A program made the position numbers and the translations under genes. The notes below the pieces were generated by a model. The model made no database searches. It saw only the letters and a program-made list of their open reading frames with translations, and was not told where the DNA came from. A stretch of 63,986 bases of DNA, counting the filler, from Octopus bimaculoides (Eukaryota), in the NCBI RefSeq assembly GCF_001194135.2. It is 7 parts of 7 records of this genome, joined end to end, with 100 filler letters (N's around TTAATTAATTAA, not from the genome) between each part and the next. Parts side by side here need not be neighbours in the genome. Positions count along the whole stretch, not along the records: positions 8,349 to 32,765 come from NC_068982.1; positions 32,866 to 47,366 come from NC_068988.1; 5 more parts are not named here. One strand, 5' to 3'. Shown here one piece after another: positions 26,491 through 39,216 of the stretch. Positions within the stretch are counted from its first letter, which is position 1. Every line of letters starts with the position of its first letter.

Positions 26491-27048
26491 TGTACTTTAT
26501 TGTAATAAGTCTATGTTAATGTAAGTCTAGCTGTTTATGTGAGTATATGCATGTGTGCACATTTGTGTGCATGTGTGTAGAAGTATATGTACTTTTGTGT
26601 GTGTGTATTGTACTTACACAAACTTGTGTGTCTGTGGGTTCTTTATTACGATATGTGCATGTCAGTGTGTGTGGATGTTTATGTGTGTATATGCATGCAT
26701 TCATAAATGTATGTGTATATATGTGCACATGTCAGAGCAAGTGTGTAGATATATATGTGTAGATGTATATGTGTATTTGTGTATATGTGTGCATGTGCTT
26801 ATGTATATATTGTACAAATGTGTGCATCTTAGCTTGGGTGTAGATGTGCATGCATGTGCACTTACATACATTTGAGTTAGTGCATGCCTATGTATACACA
26901 TGTGTGATTGTGTACGAATGTACAGATGTGTGCATGAGGTGTGTGTAGATATGCATGTATGTACAGATGCATGTGTGTGTGCACAAGTGTGAATTGTGTG
27001 TGTGTGTATATGTGCAATGTGAGTGCATAGAGTAAATTAACCCCTTAC

Positions 27049-27174
27049 CTTGAACAGTATGACAGATAACAGATAATGGCTCAGACAAGTCTCCTGTTCT
27101 GTAAACAGGAATGTCTAACTTGCTTTCCTTTTCTGTTACTCGATATTCTTTCTCAGGAATGAAGACATTCGATT
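27049..27174 (-). CDS. FREM2: FREM2/ECM3-like exon, Calx-beta repeat: ESNVFIPEKEYRVTEKESKLDIPVYRTGDLSEPLSVICHTVQ
   Basis: Acceptor tattgcag; donor CAAG|gtaagg; 126 bp, phase 1-1. Resembles FREM2 [40 protein letters not shown] (recalled). Confidence 0.93.
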
Positions 27175-27424
27175 CTGCAATACATTCACAATACACACCA
27201 TTATGGCATTTCATAGACAGAAAATTCAAATTAAAAATATCACCACCACCTTCTGTCTTTATCAGCTGGGCACACCGGCCATGTATCTCCTTACAGCAAA
27301 ACGCCTATTCCTGTCCCTCTATCATACTTTAACTTTTTAACAGCCAAAATAAAGCCACCCTGCTCAATACTATTCCCCTCTCAGTTGAGGTGGTCTTGTC
27401 TTATGGGTTATTTGATGGCCTCAA

Positions 27425-27600
27425 TAGTACTGGTGCCATGTAAAAAGGCACTCAGTACACTTCGTAAAGTGGCTGGTGTTAGGAAGGGCATCCAAATGTA
27501 GAACCCATGCCAAAACAGATATTAGAGTTTGGTGTAGTCCTCTGGTTCATCAGCTCCTGTTGAAACCATCCCCCCAGCCTGGAAAACACAGAAGGCTAGA
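27425..27600 (+). mobile_element. Family D 3' fragment, diverged
   Basis: GTGCCATGTAAAAAGGCACTC...GTTAGGAAGGGCATCCA. Confidence 0.6.
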
Positions 27601-28334
27601 ACAAATACTGAAAGACCTCTTATCAGATACTGTGACAATTGCATCTTCCATTACCCAGTATTGGTGCATTTTTCACTGGCCCCAAAAGGATCAAAGGTAA
27701 AATTGACCTCAATGAGATTTGAACTCAGGCTGTAGATAGACCAAGGTATTATGTAGTATGTGCTGGCTGAAGTAATCCAAGCACAGCTTTATGTCAGAGG
27801 GTAAGGAGCCAGAATGCTCCTGGTGATACTTTTAAGTTTTGAACCCTGGAGTATGAGGGGAATTGAAGGGCTACTCTGGTTGGCACAAACTCTAGCTATG
27901 CTTCTGCTTCTTGTTCTTTGGGTGTTGCTTTGTAAACCCTAGAATGGTTTACAAAGAGTATAGATACGTTTCATTCAATTTTGACAAAATACAAAAATGC
28001 ACTCATCAGCTTTGTGCACAAAGGTAACTAACTGTAAGGGAACAACCATATAGATCAACTAAATTAGAGACAAAGAGGCCAACACTTCTTACCCTTTTTT
28101 AATGAGTAAAATGAGAGGCATAGTTTTAAGAAATATAATGTAATAGATGGCAGAAATCCTTTAAAATAATTCCATTGTGCTTGAGATATTTTTACCGTGG
28201 TTATAAGCAAGGTGGGTGAGATGCATCAGGATGGAAATGGGCTTGGGGGGGGGGGTTACTGTTGTCAGATATAGCACTGCTGACCTTTTTTTTTTAGTAT
28301 TTAATCCAGATCCATCTCACATTTACTGTGGGCA

Positions 28335-28480
28335 TCATCATCATCATCATCATCGTTTAACGTCCGCTTTCCATGCTAGCATGGGTTTGACGATTTGACT
28401 GAGGACTGGTGAAACCAGATGGCTACACCAGGCTCCAATCTGATTTGACAGAGTTTCTACAGCTGGATGCCCTTCCTAAG
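28335..28480 (-). mobile_element. Family D 3' end with (GAT)n tail
   Basis: (CAT)n CGTTTAACGTCCGCTTTCCATGC...CTACAGCTGGATGCCCTTCCTAA. Confidence 0.78.
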
Positions 28481-28501
28481 GCCATATATTCTAAATATTG
28501 G

Positions 28502-28717
28502 TTTCAAATTTTGGCACAAACCCTGCAATTCCGGGGCAGTGGGTAAGGTTGATTACATTGGCTCCAGTGCTCAACTGATACTTATTTTATTGACCCCGAA
28601 ACGATAAAAGGCAAAATCATTCTCGGCAGAATTAATTTGAACTCAGAACATAGAGACATACAAATGCTGCTAAGCATTTTGCCTTACATGCTAACAATTC
28701 TGCAAGCTCACTGCCTT
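28502..28717 (-). mobile_element. SINE family A copy, CpG-decayed
   Basis: Colinear with 6929-7140. Confidence 0.8.
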
Positions 28718-29050
28718 AAATATGATCTGAATATTAGAAGTGAAAACATGTAGGTCTCGTTTTTAAAGACTTGGTAGTTTGTTGACAGAGATTTGAGTGT
28801 TACTTTGAGCAAGTTAAGTAACTACATGGGAAACATATACTTGTCAGTTCTGGAGTGTTAATGATGGATGTTATGTTTTATTGTGATGATTCTGATGATC
28901 ATGATGATGATGATGATGGTTGTTGGGGTGGCAATGAATGTGATCAGGAGGGTGATGATTATGGTGTGTTTATCCAATTATAAACATGTTTAAAAATTCA
29001 GAAAAAAAACAATAAGAAAAAATTTCAAACAGTGTTTAGTGAAAGCTTAC

Positions 29051-29200
29051 CATCTTCAATGTCAACTATCACAACTGTGGCCTGCAATGGTTCCTCAACA
29101 ATAGCCATAACGGGGTCACTGAGCTTCAGGTAAAACTTCTCATTGTTTTCAAATTTGTTATCATCAATTATATGGATCTGCCATGTATTTTCAGTTTGTC
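29051..29200 (-). CDS. FREM2: FREM2/ECM3-like exon, Calx-beta repeat: GQTENTWQIHIIDDNKFENNEKFYLKLSDPVMAIVEEPLQATVVIVDIED
   Basis: Poly-T tract then ttcaag acceptor; donor GATG|gtaagc; 150 bp, phase 1-1. Calx-beta motif IIDD..FE..E.F.L.LS.P. Confidence 0.93.
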
Positions 29201-29317
29201 CTTGAATAAAAAAAAAAAAATGCAACACAGTCAAAGTAAGTTACAAATAAATATTACCTCAATTCTTTGAGTGGATCAAGTACATACATGTATTTTTTTA
29301 AAATTAATTTTTTTTAT

Positions 29318-29770
29318 AGTTTCAGCTGAGAGCTGCGGCCATGCTGATGCACCGCCGTTTTGCTACACTTTTATTACTGAGAGCCTCCTCCAATATGTGG
29401 CACTTGGTGAAGAATGGAGTTTTTATTTAGCTACCGTCATTTGCACCTCTTGCCGTGAGGTAGGTTCATCTGGGACTCTCGACAGGAAGAGGTCCAGCTT
29501 TGATTTAAAAACCTCTACATCTACTTTGTGCAGGTTCCTCAGGCTCTTTGGGAGGGTATTAAAAAGCTGTGGGCCCCTGAAACCCAAACAGTTGCAGTAA
29601 CTGATCCTGAAGCACGATGGCAGTGCTGGGATCTTTGGCACTATACAGTGTCGTCCCGTTCTGGCATTGGTGTAGCTTTCAATGCCAAAATTTGGCACAA
29701 TTCCTTCCAGGATCTTCCAGATGAAGGAATAGGTAGTGCAATTTTGGAATTTTGGCTTGTATGCCATAAT
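29318..29770 (-). mobile_element. 5'-truncated CR1-group LINE (ORF2 C-terminus + 3'UTR)
   Basis: IWKILEGIVPNFGI...RGPQLFNTLPKSLRNLHKVDVEVFKSKLDLFLSRVPDEP is a typical post-RT terminus of CR1-group LINEs; exact clade uncertain. Confidence 0.8.
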
Positions 29771-29879
29771 CAAACTCTCTGATGATATTGAGCAAAATGA
29801 AACTTTGTAGTCACAGCTAAATTTTCCTTTGTAGAAATGAATATCTATCTAACTTATTTAAAAGTATTAATCCCTCAGC

Positions 29880-30093
29880 TTAATTCTTTAGCATTCAGAT
29901 TACTCTATCAAATTTAATGCTTATTTATTCACATTGTTTTGAATTAACCATACATTATCTCATAACTTCAAGGTTTCAATGCTGTGATTGTTTACTTTCA
30001 GAATGACATTGTAGGATACACACAAGAAGCTGGAGCCGGTCAGTTTGATAATAAATCTGGCAGATATGACCTGTTTGAATGTTAATGGGTTAA
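29880..30093. mobile_element. TTAA-flanked MITE (piggyBac-type), copy 2
   Basis: TTAA|TTCTTTAGCATTCAG...GAATGTTAATGGG|TTAA; reverse-orientation match to 10779-11006. Confidence 0.65.
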
Positions 30094-30139
30094 TGGTTAT
30101 GTAACTTCACATAAAATCCAGCGTTTAAGTGTGTGTGTG

Positions 30140-30175
<36 letters not shown>

Positions 30176-30178
<3 letters not shown>

Positions 30179-30393
30179 TAACCCTTGGCCATATCACAGT
30201 TCACTTATTGCAGTTTATTATTTAAGCTTACGTCAATTTTTCCGTGGTGCTGTTTGCATTTATAATAAAATAAATATATACAAATTATAAAAATAATAAA
30301 AAAAATATACAGTACAGTACTATTTCTACTTTATGGATTTTTACCTATCGCGGGGGATTTTGGAACATAACACCTGAGATAGTCGAGGGATTA

Positions 30394-30396
<3 letters not shown>
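30176..30396. mobile_element. Tigger/pogo-type MITE inserted in (TA)n
   Basis: TIRs CAGTAACCCTTGG / CGAGGGATTACTG with TA on both sides. Confidence 0.8.
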
Positions 30397-30460
<64 letters not shown>

Positions 30461-31022
30461 ATGGATTCACTCATCATATTCGGCACATAAGAACCAAAGA
30501 ATTTTACTTTTTCACTCCATTTCTTTTCCCTGTTTAGAATGATCTAGATAAAAAGTGGAGAAGGCAAATCCCCTGGATAGGCCACAGAGTGACTTCGTTA
30601 AAGTGGTAATGGCTTGTGTTGGACCATTTGCACTTTTTAGTGCTGATAACAACAGTTGGTGCAAGTATACTATGAGACTGATGAACATCAGACCTCAATT
30701 GGATGGCTGTTGGCTCTCATGAACTCCTCTGCCCTACAATGTGTTTTGTTTCCCATCCTGCCAAGTGTCCAATAATCACCCGCCTCAGCAAGCAAGCTTG
30801 GTGGGGTTGCCAGTTCAGCTGTCAACAACCTGACCATGTGACACGTTTATACTTGGTTACATGTTACCAACAGTACTCAAAAGCAACTTGACATATACAT
30901 ACATACATACATGCATACACAGATTCACACACACACACACATGCACACACACACGCATGCACACACACACACATGCACACACACACAGCATATGCACAGA
31001 CACACACACACACAGAGCATAT

Positions 31023-31059
<37 letters not shown>

Positions 31060-31804
31060 TACACACACACAGACATACACACACACACACACACACACAC
31101 AGAGTTGACTCTCAACTAGTGGTTAAGAGGTTAGGAGAGCTTGGGGAGGTGGATAAGGAGGGTTAGGAGTTAGCGGTTAGGGGTTGAGGGTTAGGTTCAA
31201 AATGACCCTGGGCCACATCATTACAGGGCATATTACAAACACTGTGATGTATCGCCAAGTGACAAATGCTCAGGAAATGAAGCTTTCAACTGATTTCAGT
31301 CCTTCCTCCTAATTTTACACCTCGTATCTGCTGGAAAAGCATGAATATTACTACATCATATTTCCTTTCATTCCTTAACCCTATATTGTGAGGCTTCATG
31401 TTTAGAACTGTGAAAATATTTTCCAGTGCCTAACTGCACTCTGTCCTTAAGTGGTTTTGTTTTTAAGCATGCAGCCATAGAATATGAAATGGGAGAGGGA
31501 CACATCACAGTGTGTCATGAGATTCCACTGCTGCCCTGTTATTCTTTCCCAAGGAGCAATTAGTGCAGTAAAAGAAACCATTCCAATGTAGAAATCCCAA
31601 ACCAATCTGTAGATAGCTACGTGAGCATCACATCATTACACACATGCACACACATTGCAAATATTCATAAATATATACATACATTTATACACACCCATGC
31701 TGTATATATTACATATATATATATTATATATATATATTACATATATATATATTATATATATATGTATGTGTGTGTGTGTGTGTGTGTGTATGTCTGTATA
31801 TATG

Positions 31805-31849
<45 letters not shown>

Positions 31850-32409
31850 ATNNNNNNNNNNNNNNNNNNNNNNNNNNNNNNNNNNNNNNNNNNNNNNNNN
31901 NNNNNNNNNNNNNNNNNNNNNNNNNNNNNNNNNNNNNNNNNNNNNNNNNNNNNNNNNNNNNNNNNNNNNNNNNNNNNNNNNNNNNNNNNNNNNNNNNNNN
32001 NNNNNNNNNNNNNNNNNNNNNNNNNNNNNNNNNNNNNNNNNNNNNNNNNNNNNNNNNNNNNNNNNNNNNNNNNNNNNNNNNNNNNNNNNNNNNNNNACAC
32101 ACACACACACACAGAGAAAGCTGTTATTGCAACATCAAACAACAACCACAAAAATAGCAACAACCTCATGATAAATAAAACAACAATAGATATTTGAATC
32201 AGACAGTAGACAAAATAAGTAACACGGCTTGAAATATTTTCCTAAAATACTGATCTTTCCAATGATAATCTGTTTATCAAAGTTTTACTTCGAAACTGCA
32301 TTATTTTTTTTTAGCAAAATTGTGCTGTGTCAGTGTTTGTCTGTGTATGTGTGTATATGCCTTATTGGATGGCTAGATATACATACATATATATATATGT
32401 ATGCATATG

Positions 32410-32450
<41 letters not shown>

Positions 32451-32484
32451 ATCTTAGACAGATTATGCTGGGTAATTTGATTAC

Positions 32485-32565
32485 CTGGCTTAAACTGGAG
32501 TTTGGTCCTGTACTGAACTTGTACGTCTTCACCAACTTTAGCTGTGCCATCTTCAACTTGAATTG
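32485..32565 (-). CDS. FREM2: FREM2/ECM3-like (FRAS1 family) exon, Calx-beta repeat: (x)IQVEDGTAKVGEDVQVQYRTKLQFKP(G)
   Basis: Acceptor gatttgcag and donor CCAG|gtaatc; 81 bp, phase 1-1. Splices in frame to 29200 giving FKPGQTE, like FREM2 QVQFNPGQT (recalled sequence). Not in the ORF track in this frame. Confidence 0.88.
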
Positions 32566-32694
32566 CTGCAAATCAATAACAACAACAAGAATAGTAATAA
32601 TGATGATGACGATGAGGCTGGAGGGGGAAGGCTTGTGATAATGATAGTAATAATAATGTCAAAGCACAGCACACAAACAAGGCCTACAAAACGG

Positions 32695-32765
<71 letters not shown>

Positions 32766-32865
32766 NNNNNNNNNNNNNNNNNNNNNNNNNNNNNNNNNNN
32801 NNNNNNNNNTTAATTAATTAANNNNNNNNNNNNNNNNNNNNNNNNNNNNNNNNNNNNNNNNNNNN

Positions 32866-32937
<72 letters not shown>

Positions 32938-33954
32938 AATTAAAACAAGGATATAAAATCCTCTCACAGGGATGTTGGCATTCAAGTTCCCCTGTTTTAT
33001 TCAGTGTATCAGGGAAAAGCCAAGGTTGTTAGCTTCGCATTGATGGTTATGAGTATATTAGCCTTTTTGTATGAGAAAAAGAAAACATTAATTAATTCAG
33101 TCTATTAGAACAATATTTCGAACAATAGCAAATCCATTGCACCTACAATTGTTACCATGCCCAACCAATTTAATTTGAGAAATTAAATTAAATTAGATTA
33201 AATCAAATTAAATTAAATTAAATTAAATTTTCATATTGAATATCATTAATTGGACATTTTGTCAAGGGAAGATTTTGATAGAAAGAAGCTACATTCCAAT
33301 GTGTTGTTTGACACTTGTTAGAATCAGATATGTGCGTTTCAGCAACCAATGTATTTTAAAGAACCGTTACTTGTGTACATGTATATGCAAATTTGCTAAT
33401 GCATTTGTTCACGTGTGCCTGTAATGTGTTGAAAAACAAAAGTATCCGTTAGTTAGCTTAAGCAATATTTCGATACGATTACTTTACCTTGAAATAAAAG
33501 CAATATTCATAATTTACATTATTAGTTATGATAGCTCGAAATGTCAATAAACTATTTAATCACTTAAGAAATTTGTTATAATTCACTCAGTTGTAATCTC
33601 TAGTAAATACAGCTAAATAATAAATTATTATCATTATTATCATTATTATTATTTATTATTATTATTATTATTCATTATTTATTTTTTATTTTTACTTTTA
33701 TTTTAAACCATAGTTACGTATATGTAATACCCTTTCTGTGTATTTGTGCGTGCGTTTGTTAATACGTTGAAAGTTACTAGACGAATCAAAACTGCTTACT
33801 ATTTAGCAAAGATGAATATTTAGTCATCAATATATGTGCACAATATATATATTTATAATAGTTAGAATAGATACATACATTGGATATGTCATATGACAGT
33901 TAAAAATGGGAGATATGAATAAGTAATATAATTGTTTACATAAAAGTATTAAGA

Positions 33955-34250
33955 TAATTATTGTTTATTGTTCTGTAGAAGAATACTATCATTAATTAGT
34001 GCTAGTTCACTTCTTTCAAACATGTTCAAATACATCCCTTGTTTATTAATAAGTAAATAATGAGGTGTGCAATAAATAAGATAGATGATAGTTGCTACAT
34101 GAATTTTGGTTATTCTAAGAACGAGCCCAAGTAGACATTCTACAATAATTAATTCATAGGAAAAACTGAATCATGTGTTACAGATGTTTTTATAGCCTGT
34201 TCAGCAGTGGCTTGTAATTTTGATAAATGAATTTTCCTTATTAATTCTTT
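33955..34250 (+). repeat. Unclassified AT-rich dispersed repeat, copy 2
   Basis: Colinear with 13700-14012. Confidence 0.8.
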
Positions 34251-34338
34251 GTTGCTCTGGGGTATTTTCTGTACATTGTTAGAGTGAGCAGACTAGAAAA
34301 TTGGTAGATTTAGTCTTCGCACATGTGTCCAAATCTGG

Positions 34339-34416
<78 letters not shown>

Positions 34417-36568
34417 AAGAGAAAGAGAGAAACAGAACGGCAGAGAGAGAGAAACAGAGCGGCAGAGAGAGACAAAGAGGCAGAGAAACAGAGAGACAAA
34501 GAAATATTGATAGCTACATATTCCGTTTTTATATGACTAGTTTCGTCATTACTTGGCTCTTGTCTAATTCCTCTTCATACATTGTTTCTTAAAAGAGAAT
34601 GAACACAAACACGGGTGGATCGATAACAGTTTCTTTGATACGTGATTCACGTGTTTCATTGGCTTATGTATTTTGTGAGGTTTCTGTATCTGTGTATTCG
34701 TTTAAACACTGATGGGGTGTTTCAGTCTGAGTTTGTGTATGTTGTGTTGAAACATACATGTGAATTTGTTATATTGATAAGAGTTTTCTTGAACTGGGGA
34801 AAAGAATGGAAAGAGAAAATTATTTTCATTCGCTTTTAATTTTCAAAGAAAAGGTTGACTTACATGGACAAAATCTTCAATAAAAAATGAATGAGACGTG
34901 AAACAGATATAGTATATTTCTAGCGATGAAAGACATTTACGTTTTATGCGAAAGACGATGTGGACAGTTTAGAAAGGAATGTATCGTTGAAGCCAGCATA
35001 ATTCCTGATTCTGTTTTAAAAAATCCTTGCTGTGATTTTGTGAGGATGCGTGGGAAGGTTATGTTTTTTTTTTGTTTTCAACATAAATAGTCAATAAAAT
35101 ATTATCAGCTTCTTTCGCTACAAAATTTGAAGTCCACACAATGAATATTGATCTAAGTCCATTAAACCCGTCTCCGTCAGTTATTTGTCACGTCTCATAT
35201 TTCAGTTTAGTTCTAATCTAACTTTGCTCAAAATTTAAATGTAAACTCACTTTATTTAATCCTATTGCTTTAACATTAGCTTTAACAATTAAAAAAGTAC
35301 TTGCTGATGAGAACTCCATTGGATTAATGCTAGTGAGATTACTACCAACATCACATCTTAATAGCTTGAGTGTACAGTAGAATCCGAAGAACGAGCAATG
35401 TGGAGCCTCATGGTATTTAATTACATCCCTTTACCTTTACATTCCAAATCAAATCCTCTTAAGATTGACTTTACCTTTTATTCTGCATGAACACCAGGTA
35501 AGTACTGTGGATTGATTGTATTAACGATACACATCCTTCTCAAAATATGAATATATTTTTCCAAAATATTTCACTTTTCTTTCTTCTTTAATGTTCTGTA
35601 AAAGAAATACAGTTTAGCAAACAGGATAATTGACACCAGAATGCTAAGGTACAGAATCTATGATAACTGACAAATTTTCATCCAGCATGCGAAAACTAAG
35701 AATCAATAAAATATGACAATTAACGAGAATTATTCAAAGAGCACTTTCAGTAATGTGATTCCTTCGGAAATTGATGAAAAATCTCTATGAATATTAGGGT
35801 TAGTTTTAATTTTTGATTTGATTAAAGAAATACTATCCTTTAAACTCTAAACACACAAAGACAACAAAGAGGTAACGCAGCTGATTAATGTTTTACACAT
35901 ACATAGATACAGGCAGATACATGTACACTCATACAAATACTGATGCACACACATACAAATACACATGCACTCACATATAAATACACACATACAAATACAC
36001 ACATACAAATTTATATCATACACATATACACGCAAACACAGGGCTAATTAACATCATACCTTCATTTGCACAACGCACACAAAATAGGTAATCAATGCCA
36101 TATACGCACAGAAACGCACAAAAACACAGGTAATTAATGTGATACACACAAGCACACACACACACACGCGTGCGCGCAAATACAAATAACACGAAAGCAC
36201 ACAGGTAATTAATGTCACACACATGCAGATATACACACGCGTAAATAATTAATAGCGTGCGCACAAAAATGCACACAAGCACACATTGATACAATCACAC
36301 ATAAACACAAACATACAGACACATACTCAAATTCAAAAATAGCTAATGCCATACGTACACACAACTATGTTCGTATGTTTATTTGAAAATAAATCATTGT
36401 TAAACTGAACATTAGCTTTCATTAAAAATGAAGAAAAAGTGTCATTTTATTAAGATTTTAGAGGAAAATATGCCGTTAGAATTATTACTGTAGATCTGAA
36501 TTGTATGTAAGTTGTTTGTTGGAAATAATTTTTCTCTCTCTCACTCTCACTCATTTTCTGTCTGTCTG

Positions 36569-36630
<62 letters not shown>

Positions 36631-37248
36631 NNNNNNNNNNNNNNNNNNNNNNNNNNNNNNNNNNNNNNNNNNNNNNNNNNNNNNNNNNNNNNNNNNNNNN
36701 NNNNNNNNNNNNNNNNNNNNNNNNNNNNNNNNNNNNNNNNNNNNNNNNNNNNNNNNNNNNNNNNNNNNNNNNNNNNNNNNNNNNNNNNNNNNNNNNNNNN
36801 NNNNNNNNNNNNNNNNNNNNNNNNNNNNNNNNNNNNNNNNNNNNNNNNNNNNNNNNNNNNNNNNNNNNNNNNNNNNNNNNNNNNNNNNNNNNNNNNNNNN
36901 NNNNNNNNNNNNNNNNNNNNNNNNNNNNNNNNNNNNNNNNNNNNNNNNNNNNNNNNNNNNNNNNNNNNNNNNNNNNNNNNNNNNNNNNNNNNNNNNNNNN
37001 NNNNNNNNNNNNNNNNNNNNNNNNNNNNNNNNNNNNNNNNNNNNNNNNNNNNNNNNNNNNNNNNNNNNNNNNNNNNNNNNNNNNNNNNNNNNNNNNNNNN
37101 NNNNNNNNNNNNNNNNNNNNNNNNNNNNNNNNNNNNNNNNNNNNNNNNNNNNNNNNNNNNNNNNNNNNNNNNNNNNNNNNNNNNNNNNNNNNNNNNNNNN
37201 NNNNNNNNNNNNNNNNNNNNNNNNNNNNNNNNNNNNNNNNNNNNNNNA

Positions 37249-37930
37249 TCCAAAAAGCTGTGATGGATGAGACAGGCCGAAGACCACCAAACAGTCACCC
37301 TGACCTTTTTTTGATGCAACTTTAGCTTCGGGAAGTGCCGTGGAGCTTCGTCGGCATCCAGCCACTGAGCAGAGCGTCGCCGGTTATCGTAAAGAATCCA
37401 CTTTCCTCGCAAGTCACAATCCGCTCGAGAAACGGGTCGTTCTTGCTGCGTAAAAGAAGGGAAGACGACACTTCAAAACGGCATTTTTTTTTTTGTCGTT
37501 CAATTTGTGCGGCACCCATTTCTCAAGTATTTTTGTTTTTCCAATCTCTTTCAAGTGGTTGGAAATTGTCGTATGTGTTATGTCTAATTCAGATACAAGC
37601 TCTCCAACAGTTGTGCGTGGATTGGCTTCCATTAAGGCTCTTAGTTGATCGTTGTCAGCATCCGATGGCCGACCACTACGCTTTTCATCCGCAAGACTCT
37701 CGTCACGACTACGAAATTTCTTGAACCACCATTGTGCTGTACGTTCATTAGTGGTTCCTGGGCCAAACGCATCGTTGATATTGCGAGCTATTTCAGCAGC
37801 TTTTCGGCCTAGCTTGAACTGGAATAAGAAAATTGTGCGAATTTGCTTTTTGTCCATGTTGTATTCAACGTTCCGGAAAAAATGGCCTAATTATTCAAAA
37901 AGAAAAAGGGTAATGCGATTAGATAGAACG
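37249..37930 (-). mobile_element. Mariner transposase remnant (Hsmar1/cecropia-like), frameshifted, truncated by a gap
   Basis: MDKKQIRTIFLFQFKLGRKAAE..RSGRP..WVPHKL; continues in other frames FLERIVTC, KWILYDN, KKVRVTVWWS. Confidence 0.92.
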
Positions 37931-38529
37931 AAAAACAGGATTTAAAATAATGTATAAAGTCAGAGTAATTTAACGAAAATTAATTTGAAAATACATCATT
38001 TNNNNNNNNNNNNNNNNNNNNNNNNNNNNNNNNNNNNNNNNNNNNNNNNNNNNNNNNNNNNNNNNNNNNNNNNNNNNNNNNNNNNNNNNNNNNNNNNNNN
38101 NNNNNNNNNNNNNNNNNNNNNNNNNNNNNNNNNNNNNNNNNNNNNNNNNNNNNNNNNNNNNNNNNNNNNNNNNNNNNNNNNNNNNNNNNNNNNNNNNNNN
38201 NNNNNNNNNNNNNNNNNNNNNNNNNNNNNNNNNNNNNNNNNNNNNNNNNNNNNNNNNNNNNNNNNNNNNNNNNNNNNNNNNNNNNNNNNNNNNNNNNNNN
38301 NNNNNNNNNNNNNNNNNNNNNNNNNNNNNTATATATATATATATATGTATACATACATGAATACATATATACACACATATACATATATACATATATGTAT
38401 ATATAAATACATACATACATACATTCATTCATTCATACATACATACATACATACATACATACACACATACATAATATGCTATCTTTTATCTATATGCATA
38501 CATCCATAATATATTATCTTTCATCATTT

Positions 38530-38756
38530 ACTTGTTTCAAACATTTTCACTGCAGCCATGCTATGACACCACTTTCAAGGTCGAACAGATCAACCCAGGG
38601 ACTTATTCTAAGCCTAGTACTTATACTATAGGTGCCTTTGCTGAACCGCTGATTACCGCAACACCGGTTGTCAAGCAGTGGTGCGGGGACAAACACGGAC
38701 ACGCAGAAACACGGGCTCAAAGGTGCACGCGCGCACCCACACACATACACATACAC

Positions 38757-38791
<35 letters not shown>

Positions 38792-39060
38792 GACAGAGAG
38801 AGAGAGAGAGACAGACAGATATAGGTAAGAACTTCATTCTTTTATTCTTTTATTTGTTCAGTCATTTGACTGCGGCCATGCTGGAGCGCTACCTTAAAGG
38901 GTTTTAGTCGAACAGATCGACCCCAGTACATTCTTTGTGAGCCTAATACTTATTCTATGGGTCTGTTTTGCCGAACTACTAAATTACGGGGACGTAAAGA
39001 CACCAACATCGGTTGTCAAGCGATGAAAGTGGGGGGGAACAGACATACAAACATGCAAAT
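38530..39060 (-). mobile_element. Two tandem SINE family B 3' halves (38530-38760, 38845-39060)
   Basis: Both carry the CAGCATGGC.GCAG 3' end and run into microsatellite at the internal-repeat position. Confidence 0.8.
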
Positions 39061-39099
39061 ATATATATTAAATTAATAACTTTAAAAAGCCCTGGGACA

Positions 39100-39114
39100 A
39101 TATATTGCTGCTGT

Positions 39115-39161
<47 letters not shown>

Positions 39162-39174
39162 TTACTACTACTAT

Positions 39175-39216
<42 letters not shown>

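Noticed and set aside
25724-26524. Long His/Thr and Cys/Val ORFs
   Set aside because: Translations of a (GT)n-derived minisatellite.
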